Positions 49,145 through 62,757 of a DNA stretch of 64,000 nt are shown here, one piece after another. Positions within the stretch are counted from its first letter, which is position 1, and every line of letters starts with the position of its first letter. The notes beneath the pieces were generated by a model that saw nothing but the letters and a program-made list of their open reading frames with translations, searched no databases and was not told where the DNA came from. Both the position numbers and the translations under genes were made by a program. The DNA is taken from the NCBI RefSeq assembly GCF_037042905.1, contig NC_087245.1, positions 12,712,001 through 12,776,000 of the forward strand. The letters are read 5' to 3'. Source of the DNA: Lytechinus pictus (lineage: Eukaryota).

Positions 49145-49715
49145 GAAAGTGTGGATGTGACATCCTCACCACACCTAATGAATATTCATGACGAAGTGCA
49201 TATAACTGTTTTCACAAAATATTGCTAAACTTTAAAGTTCAATAACTTTGTTATCTGATTTTGATGACATTCTTAGCATTTTGCCCGATAAATTTTACTT
49301 TGTTTATTTTGACCTGATTATTGTCAGTCCGGAGAACCCTTTAAAATTATAGAAAACTGGTCTCCCAAACAAGAGACTGTCTCTGAAATTGAATGCCAAA
49401 ATCATAATTCAAATTCATAATATATACATGTATGTTCTTCTTTGATGCGTACTGTAAAGTGAGCTTTGTATTTTAGCTGACCTCTTTTGTCTATTGTTTC
49501 TGCAGGTTTTGTGAAAATCTTGAAGGTTGGAGAGCATAGAGGGTGGTGAAATCTGTTAGTTATCAAAGAACCATATCTTCTGGAGGAAGGAGCCTAGCAG
49601 ATGTTCCTGGTGTTACCTTCAGCTTCAGCACTTACATCATTTTTGGTGGAGTCTGCACACAAGCCCACAGACACTCCCTAATTCACTGGATTTTGTCATC
49701 TTTTTATTGTGAACA

Positions 49716-49875
49716 ATGGCTAATAGGGGAGGAGCACAAAGACCAAATGGCACACAGGGCAAGATATGTCAGTTCAAACTGGTGCTTTTGGGAGAGTCTG
49801 CAGTTGGAAAGTCAAGTTTAGTGTTACGGTTTGTCAAAGGTCAATTCCACGAGTTCCAAGAAAGCACAATAGGAG
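49716..49875 (+). CDS. RAB5: Ras-related protein Rab5, first coding exon (remaining exons beyond window)
   Basis: [12 protein letters not shown]...[35 protein letters not shown] is the diagnostic Rab5 N-terminus and P-loop. Phase-1 gtaaat donor. The exon starts at the tgcag acceptor (49506). Confidence 0.95.
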
Positions 49876-50077
49876 GTAAATATTCATCATTTTGGTTTTG
49901 GGGATTTGGAATATGATGATTTTTTTTGGGTAATAAAAACAGAAAATTTCATACAGTGGTAGAGGAGAGTACATGTAAAAGGGTTTGGTTGAGGGAGGAA
50001 GATGCACCAAATAGATAAAGTGGAGGGAGGCGTTTAGGGTGTTCTCTGTGAATCCGGCCATCTCCGTCAGGAATACC

Positions 50078-50680
50078 AAGTTTTACAGGTTCGCCAGACT
50101 TATTATGGTTTGATGTGTCTTGTTCCGCAGATATGGTGAATGAAATGAATGTCAATGAAAGTTTTAATGTCAATGAACAGGAATGCCACAGTTCTGGGGG
50201 GGGGGGGGGGTATTCTGAAAAGTCTTGTAAGTTTCCACTTAACTTTCCCCATAAGTTACCCATTTAATGGAGCGCTAATGTACCTCCAAATTTGTATTCT
50301 GAAAACTCTATTAGCGCTCAATTAACTCCCTTTAGGCCACTCCCCTACTGAGCCGAATTAGCCAATCAAATGCACTCTTACAAAGTGTTACAGGTTCGCC
50401 AGACTTATTATGGTTTGAAGTGTCTTGTTCCGCAGATATGGTGAATGAAATGAATGTCAATGAAAGTTTTAATGTCAATGAACAGGAATGCCACAGTTCT
50501 GGGGGAGGGTATTCTGAAAAGTCTTGTAAGTTTCCACTTAACTTTCCTCATAAGTTACCCATTTAATGGAGCGCTAATGTACCTCCAAATTCGTATTCTG
50601 AAAAAAATTAGCGCTCAATTAACTCCCTTTAGGCCACTCCCCTACTGAGCCGAATTAGCCAATCAAATGCGCTCTTACAA
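50078..50680. repeat. Direct tandem duplication, 305-bp period
   Basis: 50078-50382 is repeated at 50383-50680 with a few substitutions and a different poly-G length. Confidence 0.92.
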
Positions 50681-52534
50681 CGTAAAATTTTCTACTAGCG
50701 TGCAGTGTTTCTTCACTTTGCTGGCTTGCAGCGCAACGCCCAGCTGCTGCAGGTGCATTGCACCACGATCCTAATACAAAGAATTTTTGCTGAAAAATAA
50801 TGCTAAAAGTATTTGCATCAGAGATTAGAGGTTCGTTATGTTGTTAAAGTTAACTGTTTTCTTGTCCCTTATTCTCTCATTTATTGTATCTTTGTGCTTT
50901 TCTCTTCTTTTTTTTTTCAAACACGTTCTGATTTTCACATCCACCTATTTGAATCTATCAAGTTGTAGCTTTCTTTTTTTTTAAACAATATTTTATTTGC
51001 CTCTGTCTCGGGGCCCTGATCGGGAGGGGGGATTCTTCTTTAACTTAAAGGAGAATGAAACCCTTGAAACCAGCTGAATCCATATCAAAGAGAAAATCAA
51101 AGAAACATATTGTTGAAAGTTTGAGGAAGATTGAATGAATAATAAGAAAGTTATGAGCATTTGAATAATGAGATCACTAATGCCATGTAGATCCTCCCAT
51201 TGGCAATGCGACCAAGATCTGTGATGTCACACACGTACAACTCCCTCATTACTTTAGTACTTATTTCACTTATATTCTCACTTTTATAGAGTCTATCACA
51301 AGGTGAGGAGTTCTCTTTATGACAGGACAAGTACAGAGGTTTCACAACATTATATCATTGATGAATCGTTTGTCATATGATTAGAATGAGCAAAAAGAGA
51401 TGTTTTGGGGTACATTTTCAGTGTCCAAAAGGGGAGAGTTGTTCATCTGTGACATCATAGATCTTGGTCGCATTGCCAATGGGAGGATCTCCATAGCATT
51501 AGTGATCTCGACATTCAAATGCTCATAACTCTTCTATTGCTAGTCCTATTTTACTCAAACTTTTGTTGATCTTATTCTTTGATTTTTCTGCTTTCACAAA
51601 AGCTAACTTGCTCCAAGAGTTTCATTCTCCTTTAATTCCTAAAAATAACTTACTTTTCATTTATATGAGAAATCTATTTCAACAAATTGCTGATTTGAAT
51701 AAAAAGATTTTACAAATCAGACAAGCATAAATTAAAAAAAAGCCCAAATAAAATTCGACACAAAAGTTAAGACATTTAAGATTTTATAGGTGGGAAAAAA
51801 ATGGCATCACTCACTATTTTTTTTTCTTTTGTATTTTATTCTATGAGAGAATATTCATTTAAATACTAAAGGGTTCTATGCTTATTTTTTTTTATTGTCG
51901 GAATCAAGGTTTGATTCACCCCTGAACATTGGTGCACCTTTCGTGATTTGGCAATCTCATTATTGTCAAAATAATGTGCAAAAACAAAATACTTTATGAT
52001 GCTAATAAGAAAAGAAAATATAGAAAAATAATAATCATATTTCCCCTATAAGTACACAATTTCTGTTTCCTTTTCCCTCTTTTCTAATTTCTTTATTACC
52101 AAATACACTCCCTATTCCTTATTTTACTTGTTTCTAAACTACCTTCTTTCCCTTTATTCTATTCCCTTTTTATACCTTTCTCCTTTATTCTCTTCCTTCC
52201 TTCTCATTTTGGTCGCAGTATTAAACGATTTGATGATATTTATAAGAAATGGAAGCCACATTTAGCAAGAGATGATGAGACTTAATGGACCTCTTATCAC
52301 CATTATCTTTCCCCACTGGAAAGTTCGCTAATTGAGCGCGATAAGACTTTTCAGAATACCAAAAGTCTTGTAACGACTCAATTAAGTCTTCGCGCGGTCA
52401 TAACGCGTACTATTGCAAGTACGCGCAACGCACCCCTGCCAAATAAGGAAAGGGGCACTTAAGTGACTTTTCAGAATACTAAAATGCTAATTGAGCGCTA
52501 ATTAACCACTAATTGAGCTTTCAGAATACCGCCC
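50197..52534. mobile_element. Harbinger-like element (left end duplicated)
   Basis: CTG|GGGG...GTATTCTGAAA ... TTTCAGAATACCGCCC|CTG; subterminal TAGCGCTCAATTA / TAATTGAGCGCTA. Confidence 0.7.
51049..51631. mobile_element. Kolobok-like MITE with ~200-bp TIRs
   Basis: TTAA|AGGAGAATGAAAC ... GTTTCATTCTCCT|TTAA. Confidence 0.88.
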
Positions 52535-53374
52535 CTGGCATTTTCATTTTTTTTTACCTCAAGGTCTGGCTGGTCAAGATTTCTCAGGCTGGAGAAAACT
52601 AGGGATGCAACTTTTCTGGTTTTACTCTGAATTTCGATTTTTTTCCCATTATCTGTCCTATTTCTGGGTTTTAGACTTTTCCTGTTTTCTGTATACATAA
52701 AAAAATGTTGGAATAGCCCTCCTTTCAACCCCCCCTCTCTCGATCGCTCTGTATGTCGATTGACGGAATGAACACGCGCTGATCAACGGACATAAGCACT
52801 TACCATAAATTACCTCTCCAAACCATCACGGTCGACCAGTCACCGTCTGCCATCCGCCGGGGACAGCGTTATAGACTGCTCACTGCTCAGCTTCGCGTTA
52901 ACTTGCTGCGCTGGCCATGTGACTTGCCACCGTATTTGGTACGTCGCAAGCGCAATGTGTACGAAGGGGCTCGGCCTAAGCAGAGGCTAAGAAAGTTCAA
53001 CAGAAATCAGTAGAAAACACCAGTGCACAAAGCAAAGCAGCTGATATCATGTAATTTTAATAAGAGAAATGTTGTTACTATACATGTATCAAGTATTAAG
53101 TATATCTACAGAACAAAGAGCAACAACCTCAACAGGAGAAAAAACAAGTCCTATCCATGCAAGAAACAGGAAGGCCATAGAAACCATTCATAAACATGTG
53201 CAAGAGAAAAGTAAAACTGGAATAAGCCTAGGTATTCACTACTTGTAACAATTTTTGTGATGAGGGGACCCTTCATCTTCTGTGTTTTCTGAAAAAAGGG
53301 GACCCCAATTTTATGTATTTTCTCCTGTTAGGGTTAGGCTGTAACAACACTTTTTTTGAGGAGGGAACACATTT

Positions 53375-54058
53375 TTGTCTTCATAGCAGAGCGAGACTAT
53401 AGGCGCCGCTTTTCCGACGGCGGCGGCGGCGTCAACATTGAAATCTTAATAACCAAGGTTAAGTTTTTGAAATGTCATAACTTAAAAAGTATATTGACCT
53501 AGTTCATGAAACTTGGACATAAGGGTAATCAAGTATTACTGAACATTCTGCTTAAGTTTCAGGTCACATGACCAAGGTCAAATGTCATTTAGGGTCAATG
53601 AACTTAGACCTTGTTGGGGGAATCAATATCAAAATCTTAACCAAGGTTAAGTTTTTGATATGTTGTCATAACTATGAAAGTTTATGGATCTAGTTCATAA
53701 AACTTGGAATACAAGAGTAATCAAGTATCACTGAACATCCCCTGTGAGTTTCAGGTCACAAAACCAAGGTCAAAGGTCAGTTAAGGTCAATAAACTTAGG
53801 CCATGTTGGGGTAATTGTTGAATTGCCATCATAACTTTGAAAGTTTATAGATAGAGTGAATGAAATGTGGACATGGGTGTAGTTGACAAGTCTTAAGTCA
53901 CCGTTCAAATGTCATTTATGGTCAATGAATGTGGTATTATGTCATTATATGAATGGTGTTTTTGTGAATGATTATTTTATAGTAGTTTTCAAAGTTAGCA
54001 CTGCTGCTATATTAAATCGCGTAATGCAGGCGAGACTGCCAGAGGCGTTCCACTTGTT
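53375..54058 (+). mobile_element. Helentron/DINE-1-like element, short copy
   Basis: Same termini, microsatellite and central units as 54948-55902. Confidence 0.8.
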
Positions 54059-54947
54059 TTCCGATGTTAGCGTTGACTTCCTGAAAAAAAATGGCGGCTG
54101 ACATCGGCTCGCGAAAGTGCCAGTTTTTAGTGAGGACATGTTTTCACAATCCACGAACATCGGAAAAAACGTGAAAATTTCACTTCTTTAGACCCCTTGT
54201 TTCCTAACTACGATGTTAAGAATCACCGATGGTGATATTTTTTATGCGAAATATGGTGATTTAGGTAAGAAAAAAATCACTTTTTATTTGAGGTATTGCC
54301 CATGGCCATGTCGCCGGATGATTTTGTAGTGTGGGAGTGAGTTAGAGAACGTGTAGTGTACATGTCTAGAGTGTGTTGGTGATTTCAGTGGTAGGACCTA
54401 TATTGCGGAGTCTGCTGGGCTGCGCTGATTTAACGGCTGGACACCGACGCAGTTACTCTAACTTTTACTAGATCTTTTCCTACGCAATTTGAACATTGAC
54501 CTGTACTTTATTTATACGAATAATTGTCAAATTTTTGAGGAAGAAAGGAGATTTCCAACTTTTGATCTCAATTGAGCCTTCGAAGTTGAACACCAAATCA
54601 ACTTGCTTCGCTTGCCTAAACTCCCGGCACCCGCCGAGTTGCTGCGCCCCAGCCTCCCCGTCTCGCCGGCGCAATGCAAGTGCTGTGGTGGGTGCGGGTC
54701 GGGCGCATGCAGCCGTTAGTTTCGGCTCTGTTTTTGTCATGGTTGAAAATCTGCTTTCTTATACCAACAAACACTTATCCATTGTAGGTTATGATATAAC
54801 CTTGTCCTCAGTCAGTAACCTCTGTGTGGTGAAATAACAGGAATAAGATTGTCAATGTTTGGCTTATTTCCCCTTGATGCATGATTGCATTGATGATGTA
54901 CATGTAGGCTGGATAAATAGATGTTTGATTTTTTGGCACGTCAGTTT

Positions 54948-55902
54948 TTGTCTCACCTGCATAGCAGAGTGAGACTATAGGCGCCGCTTTTCCGACGGCG
55001 ACGGCGGCGGCGGCGTCAACACCAAATCTTAACCTGAGGTTAAGTTTTTGAAATGACAGCATAACTTAGAAAGTATATGGACCTAGTTCATGAAACTTGG
55101 CCATAAGGTTAATCAAGTATTACTGAAGATCCTGCCTGAGTTTCATGTCACATGACCAAGGTCAAAGGTCATTTAGGGTCAATGAACTTAGACCATGTTG
55201 GGGGAATCAACATCAAAATCTTAACCTAAGGTTAAGTTTTTGAAATGTCATCATAACTTAGAAAATATATGGACCTAGTTCATGAAACTTATACATAAGG
55301 TTAATCAAGTATCACTGAACATCCTGCATGAGTTTCACATCACATGACCAAGGTCAAAGGTCATTTAGGGTCAATGAACTTTGGCCGAATTGGGGGTATC
55401 TGTTGAATTACCATCATAACTTTGAAAGTTTATGGATCTGATTCATGAAACTTGGACATAATAGTAATCAAGTATTACTGAACATCCTGTGCAAGTTTCA
55501 GGTCACATGATCAAGGTCAAAGGTCATTTAGGGTCAATGAACTTTGGCCAAATTGGGGTATTTGTTGAATTACAGCCATAAATTTGAAAGTGTGTTGGTC
55601 TAGTTCATAAAACTTGGACATAATAGTAATCAAGTATCACTGAACATCCTGTGCGAGTTTCAGGTCACATGATCAAGGTCAAAGGTCATGTAAGGTCAAA
55701 GAACTTTGGCCACGTTGGGGGTATTTGTTGAATTGCCATCATATCTCTATAAGTGTATTGGTCTAGTTCATAAAACGTGGAAATAAGAGTAACCAAGTAT
55801 CACTGAACATCTTGTGCGAGTTATAGTAGTTTTCAAAATCAGCACTGCTGCTATATTGAATCGCGTGATGCAGGTGAGACGGCCAGAGGCATTCCACTTG
55901 TT
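54948..55902 (+). mobile_element. Helentron/DINE-1-like element, intact copy with about 5 central units
   Basis: SubTIRs GTCTCACCTGCAT (54950) / ATGCAGGTGAGAC (55868), GCCagaGGC stem-loop, TT flanks, unit periods about 192,163,163,164. Confidence 0.85.
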
Positions 55903-57590
55903 TATAAAGTAGGGCTAACTTAAATCTAAATTCATCATAAAAAATATGCCCTGGCCCAAAATTCAGTTGAATTCTTGAAATCATTTTTTTCTAATTAAAA
56001 AGAGAATCTGTATCTGCATCAATCTCACTTTCCACCAATAGAGGGCCTCACAAAAATATGCTCAAAATAAAAGTTTTTGAGAGCTCTGGTGAACAAGAAA
56101 AATTATTCCTTACAGATTTAAATGAAAACAAATCACACCTGAATGAAACTGGTTGGGTTTTTGTCACAAAAGTGATATTTTAAAGACCTTTTTTTTATTT
56201 TTAATTGATGAATTAAAGTCAACTTTACATTTAGGTCTGGTGTGGTAATGAGGGTAAATTTGTTTTAAAAAGTGTAGGGAAATGCTACTTTTACATGCTG
56301 AAAATGCAAAGAGTCCCTACCATTGGAGCGGGCCGGACACCCGCTCGGCGCCTTCGTAGTTTTGATACTGATTTTTTATTATCAAAGGTTGGCAGGTATG
56401 GATGTACAGCATACAAACTTACAAAGCAGGTTATTTATTTTGGGAGTGAGTCATAGTATGTTCTGTATGGTATATATTCATCATGCTAGAATGCATAGTT
56501 ACTGTACATTGAGAGATCTGTAGAGGTATTGTATACTTCTTCAGTACAGGAGAGGTAATGAGGCCTTACAGGTTTTCCTTATCAGGATTAATTTAAACAA
56601 AAAAGTGTGAACACTAAAATATTACAATAAAATCATTTTGTCTAACCTCAACATAGCTTTTTATTAACTCAGTCTGGACCAGGAGCCACAATTGAAGGCA
56701 AGTGTCTCCTGGTCCCCTAGATTTTTTGGATGACCAGGCGCCACATTGGTGAAACCAGGAGCCCCAATTTTTCTTTTTAAATTCAGTCATTTCGGACACT
56801 TTAAATCTTTCAACTGTGCAACAAAATTGTTAATTATGAGCATGCCATTATAATTATTTTTTGTTAAGCCACTCAGAGTACAATATGCCACGCCGAAGGA
56901 CATTATACATGTAGCTGCACCAGCAGTGATTCAAATCCCATAACGCCTCTATTTTATTTAGCGGTATGCATGGACACTCGCGTTTATGCATACGTAATGA
57001 TCTGTGAAGATGATCTTACAGATCAGAATTTTTTTTCCTTAATCTTGATGAAATGTTATGAAATTGATCTCATATTCTACATGAAACTTGTTGGTGTTGG
57101 AGTTAAGTTGGCGCTCTTCAATCTAGTAGATCATCTGCGCCAGATATGTATAAATGAAATTCATGTATTATATTTTAGTGAATGATATATTTAGCTTCAA
57201 AATTTTTTTTTTTTTTCAAGAAATATACATGTAAATTGTAAGAATAGAATTTACTTTCAAATAGAGATCATACTTGCATCAGATTGATATTATAATAATT
57301 CTTCTTTACGATTAAAAAGGAATTATGAAATTCAATGATGTAGCAAATTCAGGAACCAGCAAAAAATCATGGGAATGTCCATCAGTAATAATTCGAAATA
57401 GGCACGATATCGCCAAAGTGGGAATCAAGCGTTCTGATTGGTCAACTTTGCGTCACACTGCTGTAAATTGCTAATATGTCTCTTACGATCACAAATGGAA
57501 CTGCTTCGGGAAGTGTGGCGTGCGGCGATACGCACACTGATTACTTTTCTTGGGGACGTGAGTTTGAATCCAAATACCAGGTACATGTAT

Positions 57591-59332
57591 TAGTGCTGCA
57601 AGTCAGGCGGCATGTTCGGGTTCTGTTCGGTTCGGCAGGGTTCGGCAAATTTTTTCCGAACTTTGGTTCGGTTCGGGGTTCGGCAATAAATGCGCAATTA
57701 AATTATCAACACATGAAACCAAAGATTGCCAACCTTCGAACAAATTAACATATGCAATATCTGTCGTATATTTATAATAAATTTTGTTTTTGAAAATTTT
57801 TGAAAAGAATGGTTATAAAAATTGCTGCATAACTTTCTTTTATTTATTTCAATCTTGAAACCAAAAATAAGAGTCGTTTCTACTTTCATTTTTAAATTGA
57901 ATAAAAAAACAAAGAAAATAATATTGATAACGAGAGAATGAGGACAGAAACAGAATTACAAAGAACAGAATATTTTTTGTTCATTGATTATTCCATGTAG
58001 ATATGATCATGATCGATTACAATGCCATTGCAAACGCAGCTTCTCCGATTGGAATGTGTTGATCGGGAATGTCGGACAGTAGACAAACAACCTCCACTCA
58101 ACTGTTATTATACTGGTAAAATTCACATTCCAAAGAATATGAAATCTTTTAGAAAGTCCCTATTTTCTGAAAAGTGGTTAAATCTGGTCAATCAATTACT
58201 TTAAAAAGATAAAATATCAGTCCATTCTTGGTCCCGAAAGATCAACACTCGAGTGACTTCAAACATAGTTATGAAATCACTCGGCGTTGATCGTCAGAAC
58301 CAAGAAGGAACTGAAAATTTATCATTTCATTTTCAGTAAATGACCAGATTAAACCACTTTTTAGAAAATATTGACAATGGAAAAACATTTCATATTCGGA
58401 ATATGAATTTTACCAGCGTAATAGCAACTGAGAGCAGGTTGTTTGGACGTCCTGTTTCAACTTTCCTTATCAACCATTTCCGGTACACGATCAGGGAACA
58501 TGCGTTGACTTGCTTTGAATTTTTATCTTTTCTGTTTTTTCTAACCTCATTACTTCATCTCTTATTTATTTATCTTTAATATTGATATGTATATTTCAGA
58601 AGGTGAAATATACATACTTTACCATTACTTTGTCAGTCACAAGGAATGAATTTATGTCATTTTTTTTCTATTATTAAATACAAAACAATTACATGGACGC
58701 CCGATCACAATCATGATCGATTACACTTATACGTAATTCAACTACACTTTTTAACCGAGTTTAGCTTAAAATGTCCCCACATTTTATGAGAAAAAAAAAT
58801 AAATTCATGGTAATAAAAAAATTGAGACTGATAAAAATTCAATCAAAGACGAGACCGAAGCTGTCATACTTTGTCATTTACGAGGAATGAATTTATGTCT
58901 TGTCCTTTTTCTTAATTAAATAGAAAACAATTAGGTCCGATTACGATCACGATCGATTACGGCAATACGTAATTCAACCACACTTTTATACCGAGTTTAG
59001 CTTCAAATGTCTCCTCATTTAATGAAGAAAAAATATATTCATGTTAATAAAATATTTTTAAGTTGATAACAATTCAATCAAAGACAAGATGTGAGCTTAA
59101 ATGGTGGATTTAAAAAATATTTTGTGTGGAATTCTTATTGTGCACAATCACTAACCAATATTTTTTTTTCATTTTATATTTAAATATATGTAGTCCCCGC
59201 TTTTATTCATATTACGTGGTGAATAAATGTGCCAAATTTTTTTTTTTTACCGAACCACCGAACCAGGGTTCGGTTCGGAAGTGCCAAGTTCGGCGAACTT
59301 CCGTTCGGTTCGGCAGTTCGGCTACAGCACTA
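57591..59332 (-). mobile_element. hAT non-autonomous element, copy B
   Basis: TAGTGCTG...CAGCACTA with perfect 8-bp TSD ACATGTAT. Confidence 0.92.
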
Positions 59333-60647
59333 ACATGTATATAAATTTTTTTTCCCGTCGGAGGAGGGGGGGGGGGGGAGATGTAAGTTTCTGGTTTTTT
59401 TCCTTTAAATCATTTTTCTTCCCCATTCCGACCACAGCGTCATTCTCTTTTCATGGGAAGTTCTATTCAGGCCTATATTTATTATTTTTTACTTCTTGAT
59501 TACTGCTTTTCAAGATCATACTTTATTTTGGGGGCGGGGTGGGAGGGGATGAGGATAAGTATAAAGTTTATACTGGTCAAGTTCATGATGTAACAAAAAA
59601 ATCTTGTAATAAATAGAGTAATTTTCCTTATTTTTTACACAAAACAGTCATATACACCAAACAATGGATGCATATTAGAGTTGATTATGTCACTCACATC
59701 ACATTTCTTTTTAACTTTTTATTGCATTTTATGTATCAAGTTTTGCAGATTTGATGACAAGGGAACTCTTCATCGTATCACAATAGGTTACATTTATGGC
59801 TATTCCAAATGTTACTGGAGGAATCCTGCTCAAAATTTGTTAAAGTTGAATTAAGAAGGGGGTGAGTTTCCATAAATATAGGTTCTACATACAATATATA
59901 GTATATATAAGTTGTTCAAACACATAGCATGTCACAATAATCCTCTGCCTTCTCGATATTTTGCTTTGAAAGTCTATGAAATTAGCCACCTGTCAGAGCC
60001 CGAGAGACGAGTGTCCAGAAAAGTCACTCGGAGTGTGACGTCACCGGGGGGAATTTAGTATAAGAGGTGCCTGAATGTCATACAGAAATGCTATGCAGAG
60101 AGAGAAAGATATTTTACAATTTTTTTTCAAAGCAACTCAAATCAAACAAATAGGACTGATATGTACAAATCTTTACTTTCCCTGTATAAAAAACAGTATG
60201 AATAACCACCATGAACTCTTCAATCATGATGTAAGATAGCAAACAGTGAGTTATTGAATGATATTTTCACTATTTCTCATTTATTTTATCACGATGTTCA
60301 ATCAAGTGAGTAGCTGGAAAGTAATTCCGGCGGCTAGCTCAGCGCGCGCTGAACGCATAATACTAGTACACACAACACCCAGGCATTGAGTGTACTGTTA
60401 TGGTCTGGTATGTCGACTTAGTTCATGGCCGTGCATATATATCCTCTGGATCATTTCCACTCATAGCTCATTCCACAGAACAATCTTGAACCAAACGTAT
60501 AGTATTCTTTCTCGGCCTTCTGAGTTGTTTTCTATATTTAATTACGCTAGGGGTCACCGTCACACATACAAACGCAATTCGGAAGTGAGTTGAAGACAGA
60601 AAGATATATAGTAATTAGTATACATCTCTATGGTTGAAGACAACAAG

Positions 60648-62757
60648 AACGGTACGGTAGCTCGACAGCTAGCTGCGCCGGAGCGGGCGGCCGGTCGGCA
60701 CAAAGCAATTCCGCAACCAACTGTGTTTTTTTGCAAGAGCCGCGTCACACGCGGATAAATATGTCATAATAACACGTCTGCTATGTTATCGACTGGTGAG
60801 AAGATCTCGATCAAATTTCATATTATTCACCTTGAAATTATTCCTTTAGGGTCTATGGTATCATTCTGAGGGAATTCACATATTTGGAATAATAGTACGG
60901 CCACAAATATTTTAATCATTTCCTCTTTGCAAGTTCTATGGCTCGCAGATACAACTTCAACTGCAGTTATTCCATATGAAGGAGTACGTGCATAGTACAC
61001 AAAACGGCACTGCCTTGTTTACTACACCGGGACCGAATACCCCCCGGTGACGTCACACTCAAAGAACACCCATCTCGGTAGGCATTGCAGGAGCGAACTC
61101 AGGGAAAATGGGTAGGGATAAATCGTTCAAATTCACTATTTTGAAAAAAGAAAATGGGGGGTCGAATCACCTATTAGTGTTTGGGGGGTTGTAAGGTTGC
61201 TATTAATGTAAATATCTCAATATTTGGAATCGTCTTCTTAATTCAACTTTAAACAAAATAATGAGAAAATTGAAATATACACTACATGTACATGTATGTA
61301 TCATACTACAGAATACAAAAGAAATTAGAGTGCGTGTGTGACATAATCGGTTCTGTAATTTGCACATCGACCAAGATGTGCATATAATCATTTTAGGCAA
61401 AATAGTCTTTTTTTGTATTCGCATCAAAGTTTTTATGAAATTTTCTGTATACTTTCTGATTATTTTTCTTTCAGTTTATAATAAATTGTTGGGATGGTCT
61501 TCCCCTTTACTATTTACATGTACATGTTCATGGAATGTAGGGAATGCAGAGCAATATTCATGAACAAAATTGTCTAAAAAATATGTAAATCAGTAACTGG
61601 ACACATGTTCACTTTCCTTTCCTTCAGGCCACTCCTTCACATCCACCAGTCTTCCAGTCTAATAACAAAAATAATGAATTATAATACCATCACACAACAT
61701 TCAACGGTACGGTAGCTCGACAGCTAGCTGCGCCGGAGCGGGCGGCCGGTCGGCACAAAGCAATTCCGCAACCAACTGTGTTTTTTTGCAAGAGCCGCGT
61801 CACACGCGGATAAATATGTCATAATAACACGTCTGCTACGTTATCGACTGGTGAGAAGATCTCGATCAAATTTCATATTATTCACCTTGAAATTATTCCT
61901 TTAGGGTCTATGGTATCATTCTGAGGGAATTCACATATTTGGAATAATAGTACGGCCACAAATATTTTAATCATTTCCTCTTTGCAAGTTCTATGGCTCG
62001 CAGATACAACTTCAACTGCAGTTATTCCATATGAAGGAGTACGTGCATAGTACACAAAACGGCACTGCCTTGTTTACTACACCGGGACCGAATACCCCCC
62101 GGTGACGTCACACTCAAAGAACACCCGTCTCGGTAGGCATTGCAGGAGCGAACTCAGGGAAAATGGGTAGGGATAAATCGTTCAAATTCACTATTTTGAA
62201 AAAAGAAAATGGGGGGTCGAATCACCTATTAGTGTTTGGGGGGTTGTAAGGTTGCTATTAATGTAAATATCTCAATATTTGGAATCGTCTTCTTAATTCA
62301 ACTTTAAACAAAATAATGAGAAAATTGAAATATACACTACATGTACATGTATGTATCATACTACAGAATACAAAAGAAATTAGAGTGCGTGTGTGACATA
62401 ATCGGTTCTGTAATTTGCACATCGACCAAGATGTGCATATAATCATTTTAGGCAAAATAGTCTTTTTTTGTATTCGCATCAAAGTTTTTATGAAATTTTC
62501 TGTATACTTTCTGATTATTTTTCTTTCAGTTTATAATAAATTGTTGGGATGGTCTTCCCCTTTACTATTTACATGTACATGTTCATGGAATGTAGGGAAT
62601 GCAGAGCAATATTCATGAACAAAATTGTCTAAAAAATATGTAAATCAGTAACTGGACACATGTTCACTTTCCTTTCCTTCAGGCCACTCCTTCACATCCA
62701 CCAGTCTTCCAGTCTAATAACAAAAATAATGAATTATAATACCATCACACAACATTC
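60648..62757. repeat. Near-identical tandem duplication, 1055-bp period
   Basis: 60648-61702 = 61703-62757. Identical ORFs are offset by 1055; only two substitutions noticed by eye. Confidence 0.95.

Larger units (their letters stand above)
46434..49340. mobile_element. Kolobok-like MITE expanded by nested insertions
   Basis: TTAA|AGGGGTACTCCAGGCTGACAA ... TTGTCAGTCCGGAGAACCCT|TTAA. Confidence 0.8.

Noticed and set aside
61203..62618. Duplicated 74-aa and 67-aa ORFs as a tandem gene pair
   Set aside because: By-products of the 1055-bp duplication in AT-rich intronic DNA, with no domain or splice support.
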